Part shown: in pieces, positions 63,150 to 64,000 of the stretch | Numbering within the stretch: position 1 is the stretch's first letter | Layout: each line of letters begins with the position of its first letter | Assembly (NCBI GenBank): GCA_964016885.1 | Contig: OZ024758.1 | Span: 7,812,001 to 7,876,000 of the forward strand | From: Eledone cirrhosa | Taxonomy: Eukaryota | DNA length: 64,000 nucleotides | Reading direction: 5' to 3' | Position numbers and translations under genes: made by a program | Notes under the pieces: model-generated | What the model saw: the letters and a program-made list of their open reading frames with translations, nothing else | Databases searched by the model: none | What the model was told of the DNA's origin: nothing

Positions 63150-64000
63150 GTGGAGTTCTAGTGCTGCAGTGACCCTTAAATTAAACTGAAAATATAAACA
63201 AGCTGGTGATCGCTTCTACACCAACACTGGCAACTATTTAATGTACTAAAATATTAGTTTAAACCCATTTATTTATTATTTTTTAGATACCTGTCTAAAT
63301 TGCGGTACATCGTATAAGCCATTAAATATGGTATTTTAGTTTACACTTTAGAAAGTAATTTATTATTTAAACATTGATGAAGATTTCTGGTCTTTTACTA
63401 ATCTACGCAAGATTTGTCTCCGGTCTATTTAGGAGGACAGTAACAATGAATAAGAACTGTTCTGGACCAGACTGTGACAACTTGTCCAACCCATGCAAGC
63501 ATGGAAAGCTGTCATAAAATGATGAGGTGTGAAATAGATTTAATGCTATGACTGTGTACTGCATTTTTTTCTTTTAAGATATTGAATGTTCATCATTTAT
63601 TCAGTATAGAAAATCTCTGAATGTGTTGAGAAGCCATTCACATTATAGGAGAATAATTGAGCAGTATCTAATAAACACAAAACATTACTAAAGGGGGAGA
63701 AAGAAAGAAGGATCAAACAGTGAAAGAAAGGGAAGTAGGAGAGACATTCTCTACACCCCCAGACTGACCACTGCTTCAGCCGTGGACAAAACGCAGAGTA
63801 TGGCCAGAGACACCTGCTGCAGCAGTAGCAGCCCCCCCCCCCCCCCCCCCCCCCCCACATCTCAGCGCTCCTTCCTCAAGCAGATCACTATCTGTCTAAC
63901 TTCACAGAGGCAATCATCAGTGCGGTGACCAAAGACACCAGAGATCAGTGCAAAGTGGTCAGTCAGGCCCCAGTATTTAACTATTTTCCTCTACTCTGTA

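Overview
AT-rich eukaryotic non-coding DNA, intergenic or inside a large intron. The SINE families and the dense TA/CA/GAT microsatellites resemble a cephalopod (octopus-like) genome; this is inferred from remembered repeat families, not from a search. I could not identify a host protein-coding exon, rRNA, genuine tRNA or CRISPR array. The long ORFs in the track are microsatellite or minisatellite read-throughs, or LINE relics. The window is a mosaic of tRNA-headed SINEs (two main families), RTE- and CR1-clade LINE fragments, non-autonomous DNA transposons (piggyBac-like TTAA MITEs, mariner, pogo/Tc2, hAT) and minisatellites. The most interesting signal is a set of short elements, about six families that I label P1-P6, mostly sitting inside (TA)n tracts. 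Several carry type I hammerhead ribozyme motifs, with complete cores at 30043-30089, 31109-31186 and 46389-46466. Many copies have a fold-back 5' end centred just upstream of the hammerhead GAAA (on stem II), with copy-private mutations mirrored in both arms. One copy has its CUGAUGA half micro-inverted onto the opposite strand. These are best explained as Penelope-like retroelement termini that record a hairpin-primed integration mechanism. All coordinates were read by eye, and element boundaries may be off by several bases.
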